From: Vulcanimicrobiota bacterium
GTDB lineage: Bacteria > Vulcanimicrobiota > Vulcanimicrobiia > Eremiobacterales > Eremiobacteraceae
DNA: 64,000 nt
Assembly: GCA_963812135.1 (NCBI GenBank)
Contig: CAWETU010000001.1
Coordinates: forward strand, 960,001-1,024,000
Direction: 5' to 3'
Position 1 is the stretch's first letter. Every line of letters starts with the position of its first letter. Shown here piece by piece: positions 29,436 through 37,846 of this stretch. The notes beneath the pieces were generated by a model. The model did no database searches, was not told the origin of the DNA, and worked only from the letters and a program-made list of their open reading frames with translations. The translations under genes and the position numbers were made by a program.

Positions 29436-30887
29436 CTAGAAGGCAGCCCCGGCCGCGGCCGCGACTTCAGGAGCGAGCGTTTGCAGTCGCCGCGACGATT
29501 CGCCGCAGCGCCTGGAAGTGGGGAACATCTTGCGCGGGTTGCACAAGCCGTGGTTGCCGAACGCGAGCTTGACGCGCGTCATGAGTTCGAGGTCGCCCGG
29601 CGTGAACTGCATCGCCATGCAGTCGCGTTTCTCCATGCCGACGCCGTGTTCGCCGGAGACGCTGCCGCCGCGCTCGACGCACGCGCGCAGGATCGCCTCG
29701 CCGGCGACGACCGCCAGCTCGACGTCGCCCGGCTTCTTCTCGTCGAACAGGATCAGCGGATGAAGATTGCCGTCGCCCGCGTGGAAGACGTTGCAGATGC
29801 GCAAGCCGTATTTCTTGCTGATCGCCTCGATCTCGCGCAGCATCTCGGGCAGCAGGCTGCGCGGGATCACGCCGTCCTGGACGTAGAAGTTGCGGCTCAG
29901 GCGGCCCATCGCGCCGAACGCCCCTTTGCGGCCCTTCCAAATGCGCTCGCGTTCGTCGGCGCTTTGCGCGAGGCGAACCTCGCGCGCGTGGTTGCGACGG
30001 CACACGTCGCGGACCGCTGCCGCGGTTTCGTCCACTGCCGCGTTGAGCCCGTCGACTTCGATGATGAGAATCGCTTCCGCGTCAGTGGGGAAGCCCGCGT
30101 GCGCGAATGCCTCGATCGCGCCAGTCGAAACGCGATCCATCATCTCTAGCGCGCCGGGGATGATTCCCGCGGCGATGATCGCCGACACCGCTTGCGATGC
30201 GTCTTCGACTGAGTCGTACACCGCGAGCATCGTGCGCGACGCTTCTTGGATGGGCGTGAGCTTGACGACGATCTTGGTGGCGATGCCGAGCGTGCCTTCC
30301 GAACCGACGAACACGCCGAGCAGATCGTAACCCGGTGTGTCGACGGTCTTGCCGCCGAGCCATACCACGTCGCCTTCGGGCGTGACGATCTCGGCGCCCA
30401 GCGTGTGGTTAGTCGTGACGCCGTAGGCGAGGCAATGCAAGCCGCCCGAATTCTCGGCGATGTTGCCGCCGATCGTACAGGCAGCTTGGCTGGATGGATC
30501 GGGGATGAAACACAGGCCGTCGGCTTTGGCGGCAGCGCTGATGTCGGCATTGACCACGCCTGGCTCGACGACGGCCAAGCGGTTCGCGACGTCGATCTCG
30601 AGGATCCGATGCAGACGCGCGGTCGAGATGACGACGCCGCCCGCCTCGGGCACGGCGCCGCCAGACAAGCCGGTGCCTGCGCCGCGCGCGAGATAGGGGT
30701 AGCCGCGTTCGTTGCAGGCGGCGACCACGGCGGCCAATTCTTGCGCGCTGCCGGGCAGCACGACGACCTCGGGCAACGCCTGATCGACTGACCCGTCGTA
30801 TTGGTAGCTGTGCAGGTCCCGAACCGACGACAGCGTGTGTGAGGCGCCGACGATACCTGCGAGGCGTTTGACAAACGCAGCATCCAT
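29436..30887 (-). CDS. glcD: Glycolate oxidase-type FAD-linked subunit
   Basis: RGAGTGLSGGA, PDPSSQ, GSEGTLG, HAGDGNLHP, GEHGVG. Confidence 0.9.
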   Translation of the reverse strand: MDAAFVKRLAGIVGASHTLSSVRDLHSYQYDGSVDQALPEVVVLPGSAQELAAVVAACNERGYPYLARGAGTGLSGGAVPEAGGVVISTARLHRILEIDVANRLAVVEPGVVNADISAAAKADGLCFIPDPSSQAACTIGGNIAENSGGLHCLAYGVTTNHTLGAEIVTPEGDVVWLGGKTVDTPGYDLLGVFVGSEGTLGIATKIVVKLTPIQEASRTMLAVYDSVEDASQAVSAIIAAGIIPGALEMMDRVSTGAIEAFAHAGFPTDAEAILIIEVDGLNAAVDETAAAVRDVCRRNHAREVRLAQSADERERIWKGRKGAFGAMGRLSRNFYVQDGVIPRSLLPEMLREIEAISKKYGLRICNVFHAGDGNLHPLILFDEKKPGDVELAVVAGEAILRACVERGGSVSGEHGVGMEKRDCMAMQFTPGDLELMTRVKLAFGNHGLCNPRKMFPTSRRCGESSRRLQTLAPEVAAAAGAAF

Positions 30888-30952
30888 GAGCAACGCTCAG
30901 ACTTCGCGCACACGGATGGGTACGCCCTCCGCGTGAGGGTGCATGCGACGAG

Positions 30953-30977
30953 AGGGCAAGCAGGATGCTGGGCGAAC
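30953..30977 (+). promoter_or_regulatory. Sigma-H-like promoter (AGG-N18-GAAC)
   Basis: AGG 30953-30955, GAAC 30974-30977, before ATG 30991. Confidence 0.45.
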
Positions 30978-30990
30978 AGTAGCGCGCTTT

Positions 30991-31314
30991 ATGCAGATAG
31001 AACGCGTCGAGTGCACGCCGCGGCGAGAAGTCTATAATCCGGGCGACGTCCTGAATATCGCCGTTCGGTTCGCGCGCGGGTTCGTCGGCCAATGCGAGGT
31101 AGGCCTGGTGAAACGCAACGGGCCTCCGCCGCCGGACTTTCCGCGCAACGTCCTCGCCCGCAGCAGCGACCGGTTGTACGAAGGCCAAGTACAGGTCCGC
31201 GAGGACCTGGTCGGCTCGTGCGTCCTCATGCTCCGTTTGGCACCGGTCAAGGGTGTGACGGAGACGCTGCCGGGTGGGGATACCATCTTCGAGGTGCGGC
31301 CGATACGCCCCTGA
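30991..31314 (+). CDS. Hypothetical protein
   Basis: Open frame in the intergenic gap, beta-rich pattern; ATG 30991 (or 30943). Confidence 0.55.
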   Translation: MQIERVECTPRREVYNPGDVLNIAVRFARGFVGQCEVGLVKRNGPPPPDFPRNVLARSSDRLYEGQVQVREDLVGSCVLMLRLAPVKGVTETLPGGDTIFEVRPIRP

Positions 31315-31416
31315 AGGAGACGCCCCCGCGGTCCACAAACGGCGCGCAACGATTCGAGCGGAGCAACCGACGATCCATCCCCCTGATAACTCTCCCACTG
31401 CCTTGGAGGACATACG

Positions 31417-31788
31417 ATGAGGCGGAAATCCAAAAAAGGCGCAACAAAAAAGAAAGCGCCGGCCAAGAAGAAGAGCGCCAAGCGATCGGTAAAGCGGTCC
31501 GCGTCGAAGCCCAAGCGTTCGACGGGCCGCGCGAAAAAAGCCGCGGCGCCGAAAAAGAAAACGGCCAAAGGCGGCAAGACCAAAGCCGCGACGAAATCAC
31601 CGAGCAAGAGCGGTACGAGCAAGCGCGCGACGGCGCCGGCACCGAAACCGATCGCGACGACCGTGCTGGACGACAATGGCGCCGCCGGCGAGCTGGTCAT
31701 CGAGGAATACGAGGACGAAGAAATCGAGGAAGAGCCGTTCGGCGAGGAAGAAGAAGAATTCCACCCGGAGCATTCCGAGGAGTTCTAA
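31417..31788 (+). CDS. Histone H1-like Lys/Ala-rich protein with acidic C-terminal tail
   Basis: GGAGG RBS; K/A/S-rich N-terminal region then EEYEDEEIEEEPFGEEEEEF. Confidence 0.75.
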   Translation: MRRKSKKGATKKKAPAKKKSAKRSVKRSASKPKRSTGRAKKAAAPKKKTAKGGKTKAATKSPSKSGTSKRATAPAPKPIATTVLDDNGAAGELVIEEYEDEEIEEEPFGEEEEEFHPEHSEEF

Positions 31789-31797
31789 AGGAGACGA

Positions 31798-31829
31798 TAA
31801 GCGAGGCCCACGGGGCCTCGCTTAGTTTT
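31798..31829. terminator. Hairpin between convergent genes
   Basis: TAAGCGAGGCCC-ACG-GGGCCTCGCTTA then GTTTT. Confidence 0.7.
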
Positions 31830-32787
31830 GCGCCGCGATCGGTGCGGTAGCTTCCGGTTCCTTCGCGTACGCTTCCCGGGTGTCGGGTAGGCCTGCAAAA
31901 GCACCGAGCCGGTAGAGCGCGTACAACGCGCCGATTCCGACCAGTTGCACCAGCAACACCGGGATGCCGGCCTCGGGACCAAAGCTGCCGCCGGTGAGGA
32001 GCGGCGCGCCCGTCACCTGCTGCGTGACGATCGATGCGCCCGCGTGGATGCCGCTCACCGGCGCGCCAAGGATCGGACCCTCGAACAAATTCCAGGCGAA
32101 ATGCGCTCCCCAGGCGAGCCAGAGCGATCGCGTCCATAACACGGTCAGACACGCCCACATCCCGTCAACCGCGATGTTCGCGATCGTCATCCACGGCAGC
32201 TCGCCGAAGTTCGGATTCTTCGCGTGCAGCAGCGCGAACGCCAATGACGTGAGAATCGCGGCGGGCCAGAAAGCGAATCGCCACGGGCTGAACTCTTCCC
32301 ACAGATTCTGGAAGATGTAGCCGCGCAGCGGGTACTCCTCTGCGAGCGCGGCGATTAGAAAGATAGCGAACCACACGAGCACAGAGCGCACGACCAATCC
32401 CGACAGCGAGACGTCGACGATACGGCTCTGCCCGGACGCGATGCCGAACGCAAAAACCGCGAGCTGCGTGCCGGCACCGAACAACGCGCCGATCGCGAGC
32501 AGCCTAAGCCAGCGCGTGTGCAACGTGATGCCAAGCGATTCGACCGACCTGCGGTCCAAGTAGAGTCGCAAGACAATCGCGCTGCCGACGACCGCGATCA
32601 CGCTGATCAGCTCGTCGAGCCAGACCGGCGTGTGCAAGAACATCGCGCGTGGCCCGAGCGCGAGCTCGTAGCCCATGCCGACGAGGATCGCGAGCAAGAG
32701 CTGCGCCGCGAGCGCAGCGAGCACGTAGACGAGGACGCGCAGCCATGGCCGGAGCCTGCCATCTTTGAGGAAGATGCGTGCGAGCAT
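31822..32787 (-). CDS. CPBP (CAAX/Abi) intramembrane metalloprotease
   Basis: EEYPLRGY, FALLH, HFAWN, GGSFGPEAG; ATG 32787. Confidence 0.9.
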   Translation of the reverse strand: MLARIFLKDGRLRPWLRVLVYVLAALAAQLLLAILVGMGYELALGPRAMFLHTPVWLDELISVIAVVGSAIVLRLYLDRRSVESLGITLHTRWLRLLAIGALFGAGTQLAVFAFGIASGQSRIVDVSLSGLVVRSVLVWFAIFLIAALAEEYPLRGYIFQNLWEEFSPWRFAFWPAAILTSLAFALLHAKNPNFGELPWMTIANIAVDGMWACLTVLWTRSLWLAWGAHFAWNLFEGPILGAPVSGIHAGASIVTQQVTGAPLLTGGSFGPEAGIPVLLVQLVGIGALYALYRLGAFAGLPDTREAYAKEPEATAPIAAQN

Positions 32788-32813
32788 GCGCCGTGGCGTT
32801 TGGGCGATGCCGG

Positions 32814-32838
32814 AGGTCGCGCCTGCTGGGCCTTGAAC
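32814..32838 (+). promoter_or_regulatory. Sigma-H-like promoter (AGG-N18-GAAC)
   Basis: AGG 32814-32816, GAAC 32835-32838, about 10 nt before ATG 32848. Confidence 0.45.
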
Positions 32839-32847
32839 CCATCGCTC

Positions 32848-34086
32848 ATGCGGGCCGACGTTTCGAAGACCGAACTCAATCTGTGGACCGCGTTCATGGA
32901 CGAGGCGAAGACGCATCGCCTCTACAGCGCGTACGCTTTGAAAGCGATGAGCGAAGGCTATCCGCAGGTCGCCGAGGCGTTCATGCAAGCGGCCGGCGAT
33001 GAGATCGTCCACGCCCTCTTGCATCTGCGCGCGCTCGGCGCGGTCAAGAGCACGGTCGAGAACCTGCGCCAAGTCGTGCAGCACGAGGCAGCTGAGACCG
33101 AGACGACCTATCCTAGGTACATCGCCGACGCGCGCGCCGAAGGCCGCGCGGATGCGCTTGAGGGGTTTGAGGTCGCGATGGCGCGCGAACGCGCGCATGT
33201 GAAGCTTTTTGAAGATGCGCTGCGGCTGGTGGAAGGCCAGATCGACGGTCGAATAAATTCGACCGCTACGTCATCGGAAGACGGTCGAGTGAACTCGACC
33301 GCTACAGCGGCCGATTGGGCGCCCTTCGGCCGCGTGGCGCGCGGCGTCGAGAAGATGAGTGGCCCCGCGGAGGTCACCGAGGAGCGAGCGCGCGTCGCAT
33401 CGCGCACGCGTATCCGCGAGTTCGTGTTCGGCGCGCAAGACGGCTTGCTGACGACGGTGAGCGTCGTGTCGGCGTTTTTCGGTGCGCACGAACCGAACAC
33501 GACGATCTTACTGGCAGGTGTGGCGACGGGCGTCGCCGGCATGGTGGCGATGACCGCCGGGCAATATCTGTCATCCAAAGCCGAATCAGAAGTGCATCGC
33601 TCGGAGATCGACCGCGAGATGCGTGAGATCCTCGAAAACCCGGCCGAGGAGCTCGCGGAGCTCGCCGAGATCTATCGGCTGCAGGGCATGGCGCCCGAGC
33701 AAGCGCGCGACGCCGCGCTGGCTGTGGCGAAGGATCCGCAAAAGGCGCTCGAGGTGATGGCGCGTTCCGAGCTCGGCCTTGACACCGAGTCGGCCGGCAG
33801 TCCGCTCAAAGACGCGGCCGTGATGGCGCCCTCGTTCATGTTGGGCGCGATCGCTCCGATCGTGCCCTACGTCTTCACCAACGGCAACCTCGCGCTTTGG
33901 CTTTCCATATTATTGGCGTGTATCGCGCTGTTCGGGATCGGCATCGTGAAGGCGCGCGTCACCGGCGGCAATCCATGGCGATCGGGTCTCGAGCAGTTCT
34001 TGATCGGTGCGGGCGCGGGCGTCATCGGCTACATCGTCGGCACCCTGTTGCCCAGTCTGTTCGGCGTGAAGTTCGTCGGCGGTTAA
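32848..34086 (+). CDS. Rubrerythrin-like di-iron domain fused to VIT1/CCC1 transporter (MbfA-like)
   Basis: AFMDEA, EIVH, ERAH ligands; VFGAQDGL, AMTAGQYLSSK, IAPIVPY. Confidence 0.88.
   Translation: MRADVSKTELNLWTAFMDEAKTHRLYSAYALKAMSEGYPQVAEAFMQAAGDEIVHALLHLRALGAVKSTVENLRQVVQHEAAETETTYPRYIADARAEGRADALEGFEVAMARERAHVKLFEDALRLVEGQIDGRINSTATSSEDGRVNSTATAADWAPFGRVARGVEKMSGPAEVTEERARVASRTRIREFVFGAQDGLLTTVSVVSAFFGAHEPNTTILLAGVATGVAGMVAMTAGQYLSSKAESEVHRSEIDREMREILENPAEELAELAEIYRLQGMAPEQARDAALAVAKDPQKALEVMARSELGLDTESAGSPLKDAAVMAPSFMLGAIAPIVPYVFTNGNLALWLSILLACIALFGIGIVKARVTGGNPWRSGLEQFLIGAGAGVIGYIVGTLLPSLFGVKFVGG
33247..33305 (-). repeat. Tandem pair of family A REP-like palindromes in the inter-domain linker
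   Basis: GGTCGAATAAATTCGACCGCTAC (33247-33269) and GGTCGAGTGAACTCGACCGCTAC (33283-33305), translated GRINSTAT...GRVNSTAT. Confidence 0.88.
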
Positions 34087-34505
34087 GGCCGGTCGTCCAC
34101 CCACACCGCGCCCTCGGGCGTGTGTTCTTTTTTCCAGATCGGGGCGATGCGCTTCAAACGGTCGATGGCGTAGCGGCACGCGTCGAACGCGGCGGCGCGA
34201 TGCGGCGCCGACACCGCGATGACGACGCTGACGTCGCCGACCTCGAGCGCGCCCACGCGGTGATGGATCGCCACGTCGGTGATCGGGAATTGTTTGCGCG
34301 CTTCGGCGGCGATGTCCGCGAAGACGCGCTCGACCATCTCCGGATAGGCCTCGTATTCCAGCAGCGTCACCTTGTGGCCGCGCGCCTCATCGCGCACGCG
34401 ACCGACGAACGTCACGATGCCGCCCGCGCCATCCTGTTCGATGATCTGTGCCGCCAAGTTCTCGTCGAGCGGTTCATTGGTGAGGACGAAATGACGGGTG
34501 CTCAT
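34083..34505 (-). CDS. moaE: Molybdopterin synthase catalytic subunit
   Basis: GGIVTFVGRVR, LEYEAY, HRVGAL, SAPHR, PIWKKE. Confidence 0.93.
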   Translation of the reverse strand: MSTRHFVLTNEPLDENLAAQIIEQDGAGGIVTFVGRVRDEARGHKVTLLEYEAYPEMVERVFADIAAEARKQFPITDVAIHHRVGALEVGDVSVVIAVSAPHRAAAFDACRYAIDRLKRIAPIWKKEHTPEGAVWVDDRP

Positions 34506-34747
34506 CCGCCGGCCACCGGGGGCAGCAGCGCCAGTTCGTCGCCGTCGCGCAGCGGCGTTTCGGGCGACGCATGCTCGCGATTCACCGCGAATGCCGTCGA
34601 CCCGATCGACGAGCGCAGCGCCGGGTGTGCGTCCGCGAGCAGGACAAGGGCGGAACCTGCGGTGCTGGGATCGGGCACGTCCGCCTGCAGCGACGACGTG
34701 CCGAGTAGTTCCCGCTGGGACGCGAAAAGCCGCACGGTGATGCGCAT
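34502..34747 (-). CDS. moaD: Molybdopterin synthase sulfur carrier
   Basis: VRLFA, AVN, GDELALLPPVAGG C-terminal GG. Confidence 0.92.
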   Translation of the reverse strand: MRITVRLFASQRELLGTSSLQADVPDPSTAGSALVLLADAHPALRSSIGSTAFAVNREHASPETPLRDGDELALLPPVAGG

Positions 34748-34806
34748 GCGCGTTTGAGTACGGCGTGCACGTGCGTTCTCCCCGGGTATAGGGACTAGGA
34801 GTTATC

Positions 34807-34854
34807 GTAGTCCCCGAGCGAAGCTCGGGTGTCTGCTCGAGCGCACGCTCGAGC
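34807..34854 (+). repeat. REP-like doublet family B upstream of sod
   Basis: GTAGTCCCCGAGCGAAGCTCGGGT then GCTCGAGCGCACGCTCGAGC. Confidence 0.7.
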
Positions 34855-34870
34855 CACTGGAGGAAGCTAC

Positions 34871-35485
34871 ATGCCATTCACTGTGCCGGATCTTCCCTAC
34901 GCGTATGATGCGCTCGAGCCGACCATCGACAAAGAGACGATGACGCTGCATCACGACAAGCATCACGCCGCCTACGTCAACAACCTCAACGCGGCGATCG
35001 AGAAGCATCCCGAGCTTGGGAGCAAATCGGCCGAAGAATTGATCAAGAATCTCAACGCGGTGCCCGACGACATCCGCGCCGCGGTGCGCAACAACGGCGG
35101 CGGCCACGTGAATCACTCGATGTTCTGGACGATCATGGGACCCAACGCCGGCGGCGCTCCTTCGGGCGCACTCGCCGACGCCATCAAGAGCACGTTCGGC
35201 GACCTCGAGACGTTCAAGACCCAGTTCAACGACGCGGGCGTCAAGCAATTCGGCAGCGGCTGGGCGTGGCTGGTGTTGACCGCCGACGGCAAGCTGCAGA
35301 TCACCAGCACGGCGAACCAAGACAACCCTATGTCCGCTGGTCAGTATCCCGTCATGGGCAACGACGTCTGGGAGCACGCGTACTACCTGAAGTATCAGAA
35401 CCGCCGTCCGGACTATCTCAAGGCGTGGTGGAACGTCGTGAATTGGGATGCCGTGACCAAGCGCTTCGCAGCTGGTAAGAAGTAG
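34871..35485 (+). CDS. sodA: Mn/Fe superoxide dismutase
   Basis: [38 protein letters not shown]. Confidence 0.96.
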   Translation: MPFTVPDLPYAYDALEPTIDKETMTLHHDKHHAAYVNNLNAAIEKHPELGSKSAEELIKNLNAVPDDIRAAVRNNGGGHVNHSMFWTIMGPNAGGAPSGALADAIKSTFGDLETFKTQFNDAGVKQFGSGWAWLVLTADGKLQITSTANQDNPMSAGQYPVMGNDVWEHAYYLKYQNRRPDYLKAWWNVVNWDAVTKRFAAGKK

Positions 35486-35492
35486 GCGGCGC

Positions 35493-36260
35493 GTGGGGCT
35501 GCTGTCCGGCAAGACCGCGTTGGTCATGGGCGTCGCGAACCGCTGGAGCATTGCGACGTCCATCGCCAAAGCGCTGCACGCGCACGGCGCGCGACTTGTG
35601 CTCACGTATGAAGGCGAGCGCACCAAGGACGAAGTGGAGAAGCTGGCGCGCGAGCTGGGCGACGGGCTTGCGCTCAAGTGCGACGTATCCGACGACGACA
35701 GTCTGTCGGCCATGCGCGCCGTCGTCGAATCGGAGTACAAGCAGCTCGACGCCGTCGTGCACAGCATCGCGTTCGCACGCAAGGAGGAGCTCGCCGGCAA
35801 GTACCATGCGACGTCGCGCTCGGGCTTCAACCTGGCGCTCGACATCAGCGCGTACTCGCTCGTCGCGCTGTGCCGCGAGCTGTCGCCGATCGTGCCGGCC
35901 GGCGGTTCGTTCATGGCGATGACGTACCTGGGTTCGGTGCGAGCCGTGCAGAGCTACAACGTCATGGGCGTCGCGAAGGCGGCGCTCGAAGCGTCGGTGC
36001 GCTATCTCGCCGTCGATCTCGGCGAGAACGGCATCCGCGTCAACGCTATCTCCGCCGGCCCCATCAAGACCGCATCGGCGCGCGCCGTGAGCGGTTTCAC
36101 GAGCATCCTGGGCGAGGTCGCGCAGCGCTCGCCGCTCAAACGCAACGTGTCGGCGGACGACGTCGGCAACGTGGCGGTGTTCCTGTCAAGCGATTTATCG
36201 AGCGCGGTCACGGGCCAAGTCCTCTATGTCGACGCCGGCTACAGCATCGTCGGAGTGTGA
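35493..36260 (+). CDS. fabI: Enoyl-ACP reductase
   Basis: GVANRWSIA, HSIAFA, YNVMGVAKAALE, SAGPIKT. Confidence 0.95.
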   Translation: MGLLSGKTALVMGVANRWSIATSIAKALHAHGARLVLTYEGERTKDEVEKLARELGDGLALKCDVSDDDSLSAMRAVVESEYKQLDAVVHSIAFARKEELAGKYHATSRSGFNLALDISAYSLVALCRELSPIVPAGGSFMAMTYLGSVRAVQSYNVMGVAKAALEASVRYLAVDLGENGIRVNAISAGPIKTASARAVSGFTSILGEVAQRSPLKRNVSADDVGNVAVFLSSDLSSAVTGQVLYVDAGYSIVGV

Positions 36261-36261
36261 C

Positions 36262-36302
36262 GGTCGAATGAAATTCGACGGCTGAATAAATTCAGCCGCT
36301 AC
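36262..36302 (-). repeat. Family A REP-like copies after fabI (one degenerate, one with a compensated stem)
   Basis: GGTCGAATGAAATTCGAC then GGCTGAATAAATTCAGCCGCTAC (36280-36302). Confidence 0.8.
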
Positions 36303-36362
36303 AGAGGTGACATCGGCTGCGATGGACAACGTGACGTGTCCGCAGGAGGGGAGTGATCGCTG

Positions 36363-36572
36363 ATGGGCCTCACGTGGCAGGATGTCGAAGATATCGGATT
36401 TGAGCTTGCTCAAGCACATCCGGACGAGGATCCCGGTCAGGTTCCCATGCCCGAATTGCTGCAATTGGTCACCGACCTCGACGACTTCGAGGATGACCCC
36501 GAACGCGTCGATGAGAGCACGCTGGCGCGCATCGCGGCCGCCTGGCGCGAGGAGTTCGCGCAGAAGGCCTAG
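36363..36572 (+). CDS. iscX: Fe-S cluster assembly protein IscX-like
   Basis: MGLTWQD..DIG.EL...HPD.DP, LDDFEDDP, AW.EE; AGGAGG RBS. Confidence 0.82.
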   Translation: MGLTWQDVEDIGFELAQAHPDEDPGQVPMPELLQLVTDLDDFEDDPERVDESTLARIAAAWREEFAQKA

Positions 36573-36575
36573 CCG

Positions 36576-37250
36576 ATGACCCGCATCGGGCTTTTCCCGC
36601 TGCGCACGGTGCTGTTGCCGGGCGCCTCACTCCAACTGCACATCTTCGAAGACCGATACAAAGAGATGATCGGCGGCTGCATCGAATCCGGCGAGCCGTT
36701 CGGCGTCGTGCTGGACCGCAACGCGAACGAGACCGGCGACGATCTCAATCCGGTGGATATCGGCACGACCGCCCACATCGCCGAGGTGACGCGCCTGCCG
36801 GCGGGCCGGATGCTCATCGGGACGCGCGGCGAACGCCGCTTCCGCGTGGAGCGCGTCGTGCAAAAGAAACCTTTTTGGGCCGCCGAGGTATCGTACTTAG
36901 GCGAGCCCGTCGGTCGCGGCGCCGCCGCGACCCTGCAAGCCATCGCAGCCGAGCGATTCACCGACTACCTGCAAGCGTTGCTCGCGCTCTTCGGCCGCGA
37001 ACTCGGCAGCGTGCGCATGCCGGAGGACGTCACCGCGTCATCGTACTTGATCGCCGACGCGCTCCAGATCGAGGGCGCAGTCAAACAGTCGCTGCTCGAA
37101 GCGGAGACCGCCATCGAGCGGTTGCGCGCGGAGATGACGCTGCTCGACAGCGAGACGCAGCGCTTGCGCGCGCTGGCGGCATCTGGCGTGCGCGCGGTCG
37201 ACCCCGAGGTGGATCAGACGCCCTTCAACGTCCGCTTCTCAGCCAACTAA
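36576..37250 (+). CDS. LON substrate-binding domain protein
   Basis: LFPLRTVLLPG..LQLHIFEDRY, FGVV, GERRF. Confidence 0.88.
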   Translation: MTRIGLFPLRTVLLPGASLQLHIFEDRYKEMIGGCIESGEPFGVVLDRNANETGDDLNPVDIGTTAHIAEVTRLPAGRMLIGTRGERRFRVERVVQKKPFWAAEVSYLGEPVGRGAAATLQAIAAERFTDYLQALLALFGRELGSVRMPEDVTASSYLIADALQIEGAVKQSLLEAETAIERLRAEMTLLDSETQRLRALAASGVRAVDPEVDQTPFNVRFSAN

Positions 37251-37261
37251 GAACGGAGCCC

Positions 37262-37846
37262 ATGGCAGACCCGACGATCGTCCGGCTCCGCGAGCGGCTT
37301 GCCGCGCGCGCTTCGACCCGACTCAACGAGCCGGGCACGCGCCGCGCCGCGGTGCTCGTGCCGCTCGTCGGCTCCGGCGACGATCTGTCGCTGCTCTGCT
37401 TCGAACGCACGCATGAGGTCATGGAGCACAAAGGCGAGATCTGTTTTCCTGGCGGATCGGTCGAGCCGTTCGATGCCGACGCGGCCGGCGCCGCGCTACG
37501 CGAAGCGCACGAGGAGCTCGGCGTGCCGCGCGAACTGGTCGAGGTCCTCGGATCGCTCGACGACGTGCACACCTCGGTGTCCAATTTCATCATCACGCCG
37601 GTCGTCGGCCATCTCGATTCGATGCCGCGGCTCGTGCTCGATCAGCTCGAAGTAGCCCGGCCGGTGATCGTGACCGTGCGCGAGCTTCTCAAACCCGGCG
37701 TGGCCGGCGTCGAGTGGCGCGCGTGGCGCGGCTCGCAGCGCAAGATCTACTACTATGCAGTCGCCGGCGGGCGGATTTGGGGCGCGACCGGCCGGATTTT
37801 ACACAACCTGCTGGCCCTATGGTCGGAAGAAACGGTGATCTCATGA
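37262..37846 (+). CDS. Nudix hydrolase, CoA pyrophosphatase type
   Basis: [33 protein letters not shown]. Confidence 0.9.
   Translation: MADPTIVRLRERLAARASTRLNEPGTRRAAVLVPLVGSGDDLSLLCFERTHEVMEHKGEICFPGGSVEPFDADAAGAALREAHEELGVPRELVEVLGSLDDVHTSVSNFIITPVVGHLDSMPRLVLDQLEVARPVIVTVRELLKPGVAGVEWRAWRGSQRKIYYYAVAGGRIWGATGRILHNLLALWSEETVIS

Noticed and set aside
33247..33305. Two palindromic repeats with a spacer, resembling a mini CRISPR array
   Set aside because: Only two units with a 13-nt spacer, in frame in a CDS, dispersed copies elsewhere and no cas genes; fits a REP
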